A DNA stretch of 64,000 nt from Bacillota bacterium. Its GTDB lineage: Bacteria; Bacillota; Clostridia; Christensenellales; SZUA-584. The notes beneath the pieces are model-generated. The model saw only the letters and a list, made by a program, of their open reading frames with translations. It ran no database searches and was not told where the DNA came from. Below are positions 53,503-62,888 of this stretch, piece after piece (within the stretch, counting starts at the first letter, position 1; every line of letters begins with the position of its first letter). The stretch lies in contig JAEYPS010000029.1 in the NCBI GenBank assembly GCA_023410475.1, forward strand, positions 24,849-88,848, written 5' to 3'. The position numbers were made by a program, and so were the translations under genes.

Positions 53503-54465
53503 ATGGATGAGGTACTAACATGGCTTCTTGGCGCCGACCCGTGGGTGGAATACCGTACAAGGCTCGATCTGCTGGGGCAGCGCGAGGATGAAGACGATGT
53601 GTCGCGCGCAAGGCAGATGATGCTCTCTCACCCCCAGATAGCGCACCTTAAAGAGGAGCTTAAGGAATGGCCGGGAGTTGCGTTCTCGAGCCATAAGAGC
53701 GCGGGGCTGATGATGCATAAACTATCGTTCCTTGCCGAGATCGGACTTAAAGCGGGCGACCCGAATATAAACAGCATAATCAAAAAGATACATGAGCATA
53801 ACGACGGCGGTGTGCCGCAGGTAAAGGGAAACATCCCGAAGCACTACGGTGGAGCGGGCTAGGATATATTCGGGTGGTCGCTGTGCGACGCGCCCAACAT
53901 CATTTACGCTCTGCTGTGTTTCGACAGAAACGATGTGATTGCTCTCAAGGGCTTGGGCAGACTCAAAGCGCTTGCGCGCAATAACGGTTGGCCGTGCGCG
54001 GTATCGCTCGAGCTGGGGACGTTCAGAGGGCCGGGGAAGAAGGACGACCCGTGCCCGTACGCTTCGCTGATTATGCTAAAAGCGTTAAGCTCGGCGGGGG
54101 AAACGGAATGCGCAGAGGCGCGTGCGGGAGTCAATAGCCTTCTTGACCTTTGGGAGAGGAGCAGGGAAGCACACCCTTACATATTCTACATGGGTACGGA
54201 CTTCAGAAAGCTCAAGGCGCCGTTCGTTTGGTATGACATATTGCACGTCGCGGACGTGCTTTCGAGGTTTAAATGGGCTGCGGCAGACAAAAGGCTTGCG
54301 GACATGACGGGTGTAATAAAGTCTAAGGAGAGCGGCGGAGCGTTTACGCCCGAATCGGTATGGCAGGCTTGGAAGGCGTATGAGTTCGGGCAGAAAAAAC
54401 AGCCGTCGGCGTGGCTGACGTTTTTGGCGCTGAGGATACTGAAAAGAATGTCACAAAACGCTTAA
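53503..54465 (+). pseudogene. hypothetical protein gene interrupted by one in-frame TAG (pseudogene, sequencing error or recoding)
   Basis: ORFs 53449-53862 and 53935-54465 are in the same frame. Codon-by-codon reading gives ...KHYGGAG-TAG(53860-53862)-DIFGWSLCDAPNIIYALL... with no other stop. Start at MDEVLTW after GAGGT. Confidence 0.6.
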
Positions 54466-54652
54466 ACGGCAATATCATGCGTTATCTTCGAAGAACAATC
54501 AGAATATTGCTGCTGAATCAACGGTGATAATGTCGACAGGAAAAAAATAAAAGGATCCGTAAAAAATATGGTTGGATTTATTGTCTAACCGCTTGCGAAT
54601 AACTATAAGGATGATGTAATATAAATACATATAAACTTAAGGAGGTTTTATC

Positions 54653-55405
54653 ATGTCTCCGTATAAAGCTTTTTTGAACAATGTTAGACAATACTTTAAC
54701 ACCAACGGATTTCTAAGATTCCTATTATCCGCGTATATCTTTATATTCGCGCTTGGTGGCTTGCTCTATTTGCTGGGAGCGTTTATTCTTGGCGTTTATG
54801 AGCCGTTTTCCATAATAGGCGTGATACTGATGTATACAGGTCTTCTTCTGACAATAATACGCGAAGACGTGATGACAATGGTGATTACAAGCGCCGTGAT
54901 ATCGCTGGGAAGCCTTATAGCATGGATAATTGCTCTTGTTGGAACAAGGGTATACGGATTTCAGGCCGGTGGGATGTTTTTGTTCGGGCCGCTCTTCTAC
55001 TTCCTTGCCTTGGGTACGCTGGCAGTATTGGTCTTCATCAAAGCCGAAAAGTTCAAACAGATGAGGGCCGCTTCCGCGGCGGCAAGGCAGACGGCCGGTA
55101 TAACCTGTCCGAGATGCGGAGCGTTCGTGCCCATGAACGCGGCGTTCTGCCCCGCGTGCGGCATCCAGAACCCCGCCACGCAGCAGTACGGGCCGGTGCA
55201 GCAGGCTGTTCCGATGCCGCAGTACGCGCCCCCGCAGCCGCAGTATGCGCCTCCGGTTCCGCCGCAGGCCGCACCACCAGCGCCCGAGGCTGCCCCAATG
55301 CCCGAGGCTGCCCCTGCGACCGAGGCCGCGCCAAAGTGCGCGAGCTGCGGAGCGGATGTAGCGCCCGGCGCGGCATTCTGCGCAAAATGCGGAGCGAAGC
55401 AATAG
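54653..55405 (+). CDS. membrane protein with two zinc-ribbons and a Pro/Ala-rich linker
   Basis: 250 aa with four N-terminal TM helices, CPRCG...CPACG, a PQYAPPQPQYAPP...PEAAP repeat region, then CASCG...CAKCG. AAGGAGG upstream. Confidence 0.7.
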   Translation: MSPYKAFLNNVRQYFNTNGFLRFLLSAYIFIFALGGLLYLLGAFILGVYEPFSIIGVILMYTGLLLTIIREDVMTMVITSAVISLGSLIAWIIALVGTRVYGFQAGGMFLFGPLFYFLALGTLAVLVFIKAEKFKQMRAASAAARQTAGITCPRCGAFVPMNAAFCPACGIQNPATQQYGPVQQAVPMPQYAPPQPQYAPPVPPQAAPPAPEAAPMPEAAPATEAAPKCASCGADVAPGAAFCAKCGAKQ

Positions 55406-55522
55406 CAATATAGTTTAATAAAACAGGGCTGCTATGAACTTAGCAGTCCTGTTGTCATATAAAAAAGACGAAAAAACAGCCCGGAGCTGCCGGGCTGTTT
55501 GCTTGTTCGGATGTTTATAGTA

Positions 55523-56767
55523 TCAGGAGGCGTTCGCAGCCTTCAGTATAAGCGAGAGCGCGTTCAAAACGGATAGATACCGTATGCTGTCCCTCTCTTC
55601 GCTGTGGCCTCTTGAGAGAAGAAGCTTCTTTGTCTCACAATACGAGTCGCTGTCTACCGAAACGTAAACGAGGCCCACGGGCTTTTCCTCGCTGCCGCCG
55701 TCGGGGCCCGCTATTCCCGTTACTCCCACTCCTATATCGGCGCCGCTCAAGGCTCTTACTCCCGCAGCCATCTCTTCTGCCGTCTCGGCTGATACCGCGC
55801 CGTGTTTAGAAAGCGTGTCCTCATCGACGCCAAGCAATTCTATCTTCATAGCGTTTGAATAGGCGCACACTCCGCACTCGAATACGGATGACGAGCCGGG
55901 TATGTCCGTTATGGCGTGAGACAGCCCTCCGCCCGTGCAGCTCTCAGCCGTAGCCGCCTTTAAGCCTTTGCCTCGGAGCGTCTGTACAACGGCGTTTTGA
56001 AGGCTCAGAGCGTCTATACCGTATATGACGTCGCCGAGCCGCTTCGTTATCTCGCCCAGCACAGGGGCTATCATCTCGAGCGCCAGCTCTTCGCTTTGAG
56101 CTTTGGCGCTCACCCTTATCTGAACCTCTCCCGTTTTTGCGTACGGCGCTATTGTGGGGTTTGTATATGAAGTCATCATGTCATTGAGCGTTTCGGCTAC
56201 CTGAGACTCGCCCATGCCGAATATGTGCACGGTCTTGGATATCAGAGTGTCGCTTGAGCTGCGCCGAAGATAAGGGACGACTTTATTCAAAAACATGGGC
56301 TGCATTTCGCGCGGAGGCCCCGGAAGCATTATTACGGTTTTACCTTCCTTCTCGATAGCTATTCCGGGCGCGAAGCCCGTGTCGTTGAAGAACACGGCGG
56401 AGCCTTCGGGCACCATCGCCTGCAGCGCGTTGGAGGCGACAGACCTTTTAAACTTTGCTTCGAGCGCGCGTATCTTTTCCATCGACGGCTCGTGCAGCTC
56501 CATGCCCACGCTGAAATAATCGGCGACAGTCTTTTTTGTAACGTCGTCGTACGTCGGCCCGAGTCCGCCCGTTGTTATTACCATATCAGCCCGCGAAAGC
56601 GCAAGCTTAAGGCTGCTTTTGAGCCTTTCGGTATTGTCGCCAACCACCGACTGATGGTAGATGTCTATGCCGAGCATCGCGAGCTGCTGCGCCAAAAACG
56701 CGCCGTTAGTGTTTATGATGCTTCCAAGCAGTATCTCGGTTCCTATGCAAAGTATCTCTGCGTTCAT
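55523..56767 (-). CDS. cinA: competence/damage-inducible protein CinA (MoCF-binding + PncC-like deamidase domains)
   Basis: 414 aa, AEILCIGTEILLGSIINTN N-terminus. The C-terminal CinA domain has TAESCTGG. Confidence 0.9.
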   Translation of the reverse strand: MNAEILCIGTEILLGSIINTNGAFLAQQLAMLGIDIYHQSVVGDNTERLKSSLKLALSRADMVITTGGLGPTYDDVTKKTVADYFSVGMELHEPSMEKIRALEAKFKRSVASNALQAMVPEGSAVFFNDTGFAPGIAIEKEGKTVIMLPGPPREMQPMFLNKVVPYLRRSSSDTLISKTVHIFGMGESQVAETLNDMMTSYTNPTIAPYAKTGEVQIRVSAKAQSEELALEMIAPVLGEITKRLGDVIYGIDALSLQNAVVQTLRGKGLKAATAESCTGGGLSHAITDIPGSSSVFECGVCAYSNAMKIELLGVDEDTLSKHGAVSAETAEEMAAGVRALSGADIGVGVTGIAGPDGGSEEKPVGLVYVSVDSDSYCETKKLLLSRGHSEERDSIRYLSVLNALSLILKAANAS

Positions 56768-56843
56768 TTATTACCCTCTGTCAGACTTGTTTAAGTGATT
56801 ATAGCACCGGAGCCGGAAACGCTACGCTGCCTTGTTAAGAAGG

Positions 56844-57020
56844 CTAGCGCTCCCGTTTTACCAATGAGTCTATTGCGGCGCCGGTAACGAGCCCTAATGC
56901 CGTTCCCGCCCCTGCCCAGTAAATATCCGCTCCTAAAAGCAGCGCGAGCGCCGCGCCGAGCGCAGTCCCGAATATAAGCCCGAGCGCTGTAAAAGATATA
57001 TTTTTATTATGCTTTTCCAT
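56844..57020 (-). CDS. small glycine-zipper membrane protein
   Basis: 58 aa (MEKHNKNISFTALGLIFGTALGAALALLLG...GAGTALGLVTGAAI...) with AGGAG 5 nt upstream. The longer ORF-track version is not supported by an RBS. Confidence 0.5.
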   Translation of the reverse strand: MEKHNKNISFTALGLIFGTALGAALALLLGADIYWAGAGTALGLVTGAAIDSLVKRER

Positions 57021-57155
57021 AGAAGCTCCTATGCTGGTTTTGCGGTATTGTATCACATGAACGGTACTAGCACAAGCGCCCGTAATGCAAAACAACATAC
57101 TTTCGTAATTATAATCATGTTGAAAAAAACAGCCTGTTTGTATAAAATAAACATC

Positions 57156-58031
57156 ATGAAAAATGAAGTAAGTAAAGTCACGCTTGTAACAGGGGCGAGC
57201 TCGGGCATAGGCAGAGCAGCCGCTATACTGATGGCGAAAAACGGATACACGGTATACGGTACGTCGAGATCCGCTAACTATGAGTTGGTGGATGTGGAAG
57301 GTGTAAATGTAACGATGATCCCTATGACGGTCGAGGACGATGAGTCCGTAAAGACCGCGGTCGATTATGTAATAAAACAAAGCGGCAGGATAGATATAGT
57401 TGTAAACGCCGCGGGGCGCGGAACAGCCGGAGCGATAGAAGAAACGACGGCTGAGGAGGCGAAGGAGCAGTTCGACGTTTGCTTCTTCGGTATAGTGAGG
57501 GTGCTCAACTATGTGCTGCCTGTCATGCGTGCACAGCGAAGCGGAATGATAATAAACATAGGCTCGCTGTCCGCATGCCTGCCGGTGCCGTTCCAGGCGA
57601 TGTACAGCGCCTGCAAGGCCGCGCTGTTCTCGATGACGACGCTTCTTCGCATTGAGCTAAAACCTTTCGGCATAAGGGCCTGTACCATCGAGCCGGGCAA
57701 CACGATATCCGGTTTTATACAAAGCCGCAGGTATACGAAGAAGACATGCTATACCGCCTACAGACAGCCTCTTGAGCGCGCGCTGTGCGTGATAAATTCC
57801 GAGAGGGCGGCTTACAGCCCCGATACTTGCGCAAAAGCCGTGTTGAGAGTGGCGAGGATGAAAAACCCGCCCGCGAGGGTGACGCCCGGATTGCTGTACA
57901 AGCTTGTTTACTGCCTGTCGAGGCTGGCGTCGTGGAGGATTAAAGAGTCGGCTATCCGCTCGGTATATCTTAAAAACGATCCCGATGCGCACGCCATGTG
58001 GACGTTCGACAAGCAATTCAAGGAGAAATAG
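57156..58031 (+). CDS. SDR family oxidoreductase
   Basis: TGASSGIGRAAA cofactor motif and catalytic YSACKAAL. Start at MKNEVSKV. Confidence 0.85.
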   Translation: MKNEVSKVTLVTGASSGIGRAAAILMAKNGYTVYGTSRSANYELVDVEGVNVTMIPMTVEDDESVKTAVDYVIKQSGRIDIVVNAAGRGTAGAIEETTAEEAKEQFDVCFFGIVRVLNYVLPVMRAQRSGMIINIGSLSACLPVPFQAMYSACKAALFSMTTLLRIELKPFGIRACTIEPGNTISGFIQSRRYTKKTCYTAYRQPLERALCVINSERAAYSPDTCAKAVLRVARMKNPPARVTPGLLYKLVYCLSRLASWRIKESAIRSVYLKNDPDAHAMWTFDKQFKEK

Positions 58032-58032
58032 T

Positions 58033-58548
58033 ATGGACGCTTTAAACGCGATTCTCGAAAGGCGAAGCATAAGGGCTTACACAGACGAGCAGATTCCCGA
58101 AGAGGTCACAGAAAACCTTCTGCGGGCGGGCATGTACGCTCCTTCAGCTATGAACTCGCAGCCGTGGGAGTTCCTCGTAATACGTGAGCCCGGCAAAAAA
58201 GCCGCCGCATCACAGCTCGGAAGGTACTGGAACATGCTGAGGGACGCGCCGCTGGGGATACTTGTGATGGCGAACCTTAAAAGCTATAAAGCATCGTCGC
58301 GCGAATTCTTTATTCAGGACTGCTCTGCGGCGACGCAGAACATACTGCTCGCGGCGCACGCGCAGGGGCTGGGCGCTGTATGGCTGGGGCTCTACCCCAA
58401 GAAGGACAGGATGCAGGGGATAAGGGATATCTTCGGCATACCGGGCGATATAATACCGTTCTCGCTCATATCGATAGGTTACCCTGCCGAGACAAAAAGG
58501 CCGCACAGAACCTTTCACGAAGACAAGGTGCATTACGACAAGTACTAA
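58033..58548 (+). CDS. nitroreductase family protein
   Basis: 171 aa, ILERRSIRAY...PSAMNSQPWEF. Starts 1 nt after the SDR stop. Confidence 0.85.
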   Translation: MDALNAILERRSIRAYTDEQIPEEVTENLLRAGMYAPSAMNSQPWEFLVIREPGKKAAASQLGRYWNMLRDAPLGILVMANLKSYKASSREFFIQDCSAATQNILLAAHAQGLGAVWLGLYPKKDRMQGIRDIFGIPGDIIPFSLISIGYPAETKRPHRTFHEDKVHYDKY

Positions 58549-58563
58549 ACTACGGAGATTATA

Positions 58564-59520
58564 ATGGCGCTTGTATATATAACCTCTTTTATAGACTTTA
58601 CAATAGACGACGATGAGCTTAAACAGATAAGAAAGGACTTTCCCGAGCACGAGATCGTCAGAGGAGGGCTCAAGACTGACCCCTCTTTAAGGGAGAAGGC
58701 AGAAATAATCTTCGGATATGTAAAGCCCGAAGTATTGAGGGGAATACCGAACCTTAAGTGGATACACTTGCCGTGGGCGGGCGTCGAGCCTTTTCTTGAG
58801 ATGGACGAGATAAAAAGCGGAAGGCTTAAGCTCACGAACGCTAGGGGTGTCTACGGCCCGCCGATATCGGAATACATACTAGCCATGTTCCTTTCCATGA
58901 AGCACAAGCTTCACCTTCACCGCGACGAACAGCACGAGGAGGTCTGGCAGCCCAGAACGCCCGAAATAGAATTCTCGGGCTCAATGGTCGGGATCATAGG
59001 CTTTGGAGACATAGGGAGCACGCTCGCGAAGAAATGCAGCGCACTGGGCGCGAACGTGATTGCGGTCAAGAACACTCCCGCCCAAAAGCCGGATTATGTA
59101 GACGAGCTTGTTACCGCAGACAGCATAGACGACGTTCTGCCAAGATGCGACTTTCTCGCGCTGTGCATGCCGGGAACTGGAGATACGGCGGGGACGCTGT
59201 CGAAACAGCGTATAGAGAAGCTCAAAACGGGGGTTTACATTGTCAACATTGGTCGAGGAAGCGCGATAGATTTGGAGGCGCTCGCGGACGCTCTTAAAAG
59301 CGGCAAGGTGGCCGCGGCGGGAATCGACGTTTTCGACACGGAGCCGCTGCCGAAAGGGCACGAGCTTTGGCATATCCCGAACTGCGTTATAACGCCGCAC
59401 ACGAGCGGCCGTTCTCCCGCCAACAAAGGGCGCTCGGTGAAGATATTCCTCGACAATTTAAGGAAGTATACGGATACGGGGGAACTTGATAACCTTATAA
59501 GCGTGCAGAAGGGGTATTAA
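58564..59520 (+). CDS. D-isomer-specific 2-hydroxyacid dehydrogenase family protein
   Basis: NAD motif GIIGFGDIGSTLAKK and catalytic region NIGRGSAID...ITPHTSG. Confidence 0.85.
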   Translation: MALVYITSFIDFTIDDDELKQIRKDFPEHEIVRGGLKTDPSLREKAEIIFGYVKPEVLRGIPNLKWIHLPWAGVEPFLEMDEIKSGRLKLTNARGVYGPPISEYILAMFLSMKHKLHLHRDEQHEEVWQPRTPEIEFSGSMVGIIGFGDIGSTLAKKCSALGANVIAVKNTPAQKPDYVDELVTADSIDDVLPRCDFLALCMPGTGDTAGTLSKQRIEKLKTGVYIVNIGRGSAIDLEALADALKSGKVAAAGIDVFDTEPLPKGHELWHIPNCVITPHTSGRSPANKGRSVKIFLDNLRKYTDTGELDNLISVQKGY

Positions 59521-59625
59521 TAATGCGGAACGACACGCAGTTCGTTCCCTGCAATCGAAAAAAAAGGCGTTGATTTCGGCGCCTTTTATGTGCGATAACG
59601 GGCGGCCTGAGACCGCCCCTGCAAA

Positions 59626-60201
59626 TCATATCCCTATCACACCCAGCAGCAGGCCGAGCACGGCGGCTATGCCGAGCACGAGTATCGACGATACCTTGAA
59701 CTTCATTATCGCTATACCGGCGCCGAGGGCTATTACTATCGCCGGTATGTCTATGGTCTCAAACAATCCGCCCCAGTTTATTGCCGCAAAACTGTCCGCG
59801 CCGAGCAGCGCCGGTAGCGCCATGAACACGGCGGCAGCCGCGATAAGCCCTGTGACCGCCGGCCTCAGGCCCCACATCGCGCGGCGCACTATTATATTGT
59901 CTTCGAACTTAAAGAAGTATTTCGCGAGCAGCAGCGATATTATGAACGACGGAAGCACGACGCCTATCGTAGTCACTATGCCGCCGTAGAGCCCGAGTAT
60001 CTTTACGCCCGAGAACGTTGCGGCGTTTATCGCGAACGGCCCCGGCGTCATCTGCGATATGGCGACGATGTCCGACACCTCGAGCTGCGTCATTAGGCCG
60101 TACGCCACGAGCTCGCTGTTTATAAGGGGTATCATGGCGTAGCCGCCGCCTATGGAGAACAGCCCTATTTTAAAGAATATCCAGAACATCTGCAGCATCA
60201 T
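59626..60201 (-). CDS. chromate ion transporter (CHR) family protein, short-chain half 2
   Basis: 191 aa, FSIGGGYAMIPLI motif. ATGA overlap with half 1. Confidence 0.8.
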   Translation of the reverse strand: MMLQMFWIFFKIGLFSIGGGYAMIPLINSELVAYGLMTQLEVSDIVAISQMTPGPFAINAATFSGVKILGLYGGIVTTIGVVLPSFIISLLLAKYFFKFEDNIIVRRAMWGLRPAVTGLIAAAAVFMALPALLGADSFAAINWGGLFETIDIPAIVIALGAGIAIMKFKVSSILVLGIAAVLGLLLGVIGI

Positions 60202-60776
60202 GAAGCGTCACCGCCTGTCTTTGGCTTTGAGGCGTCTTTTATGCGCCAGATGCCCAGTACTATTCCGTATATTATAGCTCCGGCTATAATGTATATGCTG
60301 TTCATGTCGACGAGCAGCGACAAAGCGAGCGCTATAAAAAACGCGGCTATGGCGACGACGTCTCTTCTAAACGGCTTTGTGAACTTCCAGAACGCCGATA
60401 CGAGCAGAGCTACGACCGCTGCGCGTACGCCGCGCAGCGCCGAGGCTACGTATATGTTGTCACGGAACTCGGTATAAACGAACGTGAGCAGTGTCAATAC
60501 TATGAGCGAGGGCAGCATAGAGCCGAGTACGGCCGCGACAGCGCCCTTTACCTTTCGCAGCCTGTAGCCGACGAGCACGCTGCAGTTTATAGCGATAGCG
60601 CCCGGCACCGACTGCGACAGCGCCACCATGTTGAGCATGTCTTCCTGCTTGACCCAACTGCGCTTTTGGACGAATTCGTTTTCAAAGAGGGGCACCATAA
60701 CATAGCCCCCTCCGAACGTTATAGCTCCCAGTTTGAACGTTATCCAAAAGAGCGACCACAGTTTTATTTTTGTCAT
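60198..60776 (-). CDS. chromate ion transporter (CHR) family protein, short-chain half 1
   Basis: 192 aa, ITFGGGYVMVPLF motif. ATGA overlap with the aconitase stop. Confidence 0.8.
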   Translation of the reverse strand: MTKIKLWSLFWITFKLGAITFGGGYVMVPLFENEFVQKRSWVKQEDMLNMVALSQSVPGAIAINCSVLVGYRLRKVKGAVAAVLGSMLPSLIVLTLLTFVYTEFRDNIYVASALRGVRAAVVALLVSAFWKFTKPFRRDVVAIAAFFIALALSLLVDMNSIYIIAGAIIYGIVLGIWRIKDASKPKTGGDAS

Positions 60777-62710
60777 TTCTGGGCTGCCTTTTTTGTATGG
60801 TTCAAAAGCCCGCCGTCGATGAGTATGCGCCGCAGGCGCTCCGACGCGTCGAGCCTTGCTTCGAATTCGAAACCCTTCGATTTATTTTCTATCGTAAACG
60901 TTTCTGTTCCTTTTACCTTTTGTATAGCCCCGCTTATAACGAGCTCGTCGCCCTGATCTATTCTGTCGTAGTCCGCCTCATCAGCGAACACCAGCGGGAG
61001 TATCCCCGAGTTTATGAGGTTGGCCATGTGTATGCGCGCGAACGACTTAGCTATAACGCCCTTTATGCCAAGGTAAAGCGGCACGAGCGCGGCGTGCTCT
61101 CTCGATGAGCCCTGGCCGTAGTTGTGGCCCGCTATAAGGAACCCGCCGCCCTTTTCATTCGCTCTTGCCGGGAACGCGTCGTCGACCGGGCTCAGGCAGA
61201 AGCTTGAAAGGTGCGGTATGTTGGAGCGGTAGGGAAGAAGACTCGCTCCCGACGGCATTATGTGGTCGGTAGTTATGTTGTCCTCCATCTTCAAAAGCAC
61301 CTCTCCCGCGACGGTACCTTTAAGCGCCTCGCCCAGCGGAAACGGCTTTATGTTAGGGCCGCGAACTACTTCGGTTTCGCCGTTTGCGTCAGGCGCCGCT
61401 ATCATGTTGTCGTTTATAAGGAACGTTTCGGGCATGTCTATATCAAGAACTTCCGGAGCAAGCGCTATGTCGCGCGGGTCGGTGAGATATCCCGTGAGCG
61501 CCGTTGCGGCAGCGGTCTCGGGGCTGACAAGATATACGTTCGCGCTCTTTGTTCCGGAGCGGCCGTAGAAGTTTCTGTTGAACGTGCGCACGGAAACCGC
61601 GTCAGTCTTCGGAGACTGGCCCATTCCTATGCAGGGGCCGCAGGCGCATTCGAGTATCCGGGAGCCCGCCGAGATGAGATCCGAAAGAGCGCCGCTATTT
61701 GACATCATCGTCATCACCTGCCGAGAGCCGGGGGATATTACGAGGCTTACGCCGTCCGCTATCGTCTTTCCTTTCAGTATCGCCGCGACGCGCATCATGT
61801 CGAGATACGACGAGTTCGTGCAGCTTCCTATGCAGACCTGGTCCACCTTGAGATCTTTCAAATCGCGTACACTTTTGACCGCGTCCGGGCTGTGAGGCGC
61901 AGCGGCCATAGGCTCGATGCCTGAGAGGTCTATAGTGATAATATCGCTGTAAACGGCTCCGGGGTCGGCGGAAAGCTCCGTATAATCGCTTTCGCGCCCC
62001 TGAGCCTTAAGGAACGCGCGGGTTACTTCGTCACTCGGGAATATCGACGTTGTCGCGCCAAGCTCCGCGCCCATATTCGTTATAGTGGCGCGCTCGGGCA
62101 CAGTGAGCGTCTTTACGCCCTCGCCGAAGTATTCCACTATCTTGCCTACGCCGCCTTTTACGCTCAAGACGCGCAGAAGCTCGAGTATAACATCCTTGGC
62201 GGAAACGCCGAACCGCAGCTTTCCTTTAAGCTCGACGCCGAGTATGCTTGGCATCGAGAGGTAATAAGCGCCGCCCGCCATTGCCACCGCCACGTCGAGG
62301 CCGCCCGCGCCTATAGCTATCATGCCTATGCCGCCTCCCGTGGGGGTGTGGCTGTCCGAGCCGAGCAGCGTCGCGCCGGGAACGCCGAAACGCTCTAGGT
62401 TTACCTGATGGCATATGCCGTTGCCCGGACGGCTGAAGTATACGCCGTGCTTTTTCGCTACCGTTTCTATATATTTATGGTCGTCGGCGTTTTCAAAACC
62501 CGACTGCAGCATATTATGATCTATATAAGCTACAGACTTCTTCGTCTTGACTCTGGGCACTCCCATCGCCTCGAATTGAAGATAAGCCATAGTTCCCGTT
62601 GAATCCTGCGTCAGCGTATAGTCTATGCCTATAGAAATCTCTTCTCCCGCCGTCATGCGGCCGCTCTTAAGATGTTTTTCGATTATTTTTTCCGCCAGCG
62701 TCCTGCTCAC
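60773..62710 (-). CDS. aconitate hydratase (short, ~645-aa clostridial type)
   Basis: Fe-S ligand contexts VCIGSCTNSS and CGPCIGMG, plus a C-terminal swivel domain. GTG start 6 nt after GGAGG. Confidence 0.85.
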   Translation of the reverse strand: MSRTLAEKIIEKHLKSGRMTAGEEISIGIDYTLTQDSTGTMAYLQFEAMGVPRVKTKKSVAYIDHNMLQSGFENADDHKYIETVAKKHGVYFSRPGNGICHQVNLERFGVPGATLLGSDSHTPTGGGIGMIAIGAGGLDVAVAMAGGAYYLSMPSILGVELKGKLRFGVSAKDVILELLRVLSVKGGVGKIVEYFGEGVKTLTVPERATITNMGAELGATTSIFPSDEVTRAFLKAQGRESDYTELSADPGAVYSDIITIDLSGIEPMAAAPHSPDAVKSVRDLKDLKVDQVCIGSCTNSSYLDMMRVAAILKGKTIADGVSLVISPGSRQVMTMMSNSGALSDLISAGSRILECACGPCIGMGQSPKTDAVSVRTFNRNFYGRSGTKSANVYLVSPETAAATALTGYLTDPRDIALAPEVLDIDMPETFLINDNMIAAPDANGETEVVRGPNIKPFPLGEALKGTVAGEVLLKMEDNITTDHIMPSGASLLPYRSNIPHLSSFCLSPVDDAFPARANEKGGGFLIAGHNYGQGSSREHAALVPLYLGIKGVIAKSFARIHMANLINSGILPLVFADEADYDRIDQGDELVISGAIQKVKGTETFTIENKSKGFEFEARLDASERLRRILIDGGLLNHTKKAAQK

Positions 62711-62740
62711 AATTTGCCTCCAAACATATTAGTTCTATCA

Positions 62741-62769
62741 ATTCTACAATTTGCGGCAGAAAAAATCAA
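62741..62769 (-). promoter_or_regulatory. sigma-A type promoter for the aconitase-chrA-chrA unit
   Basis: Minus strand TTGATT-17 nt-TAGAAT, about 30 nt upstream of the GTG start. Confidence 0.5.
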
Positions 62770-62888
62770 CCGGAACAAAAACAATACCCAAAAGCCTGAT
62801 TCCCAGTGCTGCCGCACATTTGAAACCGGATTTTGGGTCTTAAGCTTTTGCCCGGCGGGGCTTGGCAGTACCTTATACTCTTGTTTGG

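Noticed and set aside
53860-53862. Reading the in-frame TAG as pyrrolysine, prompted by an MtaA-type methyltransferase gene 1.5 kb away.
   Set aside because: The interrupted protein does not resemble MtmB/MtbB/MttB. No pylT or pylSBCD is in the window. TAG terminates many ordinary genes here. A pseudogene or sequencing error is more parsimonious. It is kept as a finding only because the check is cheap.
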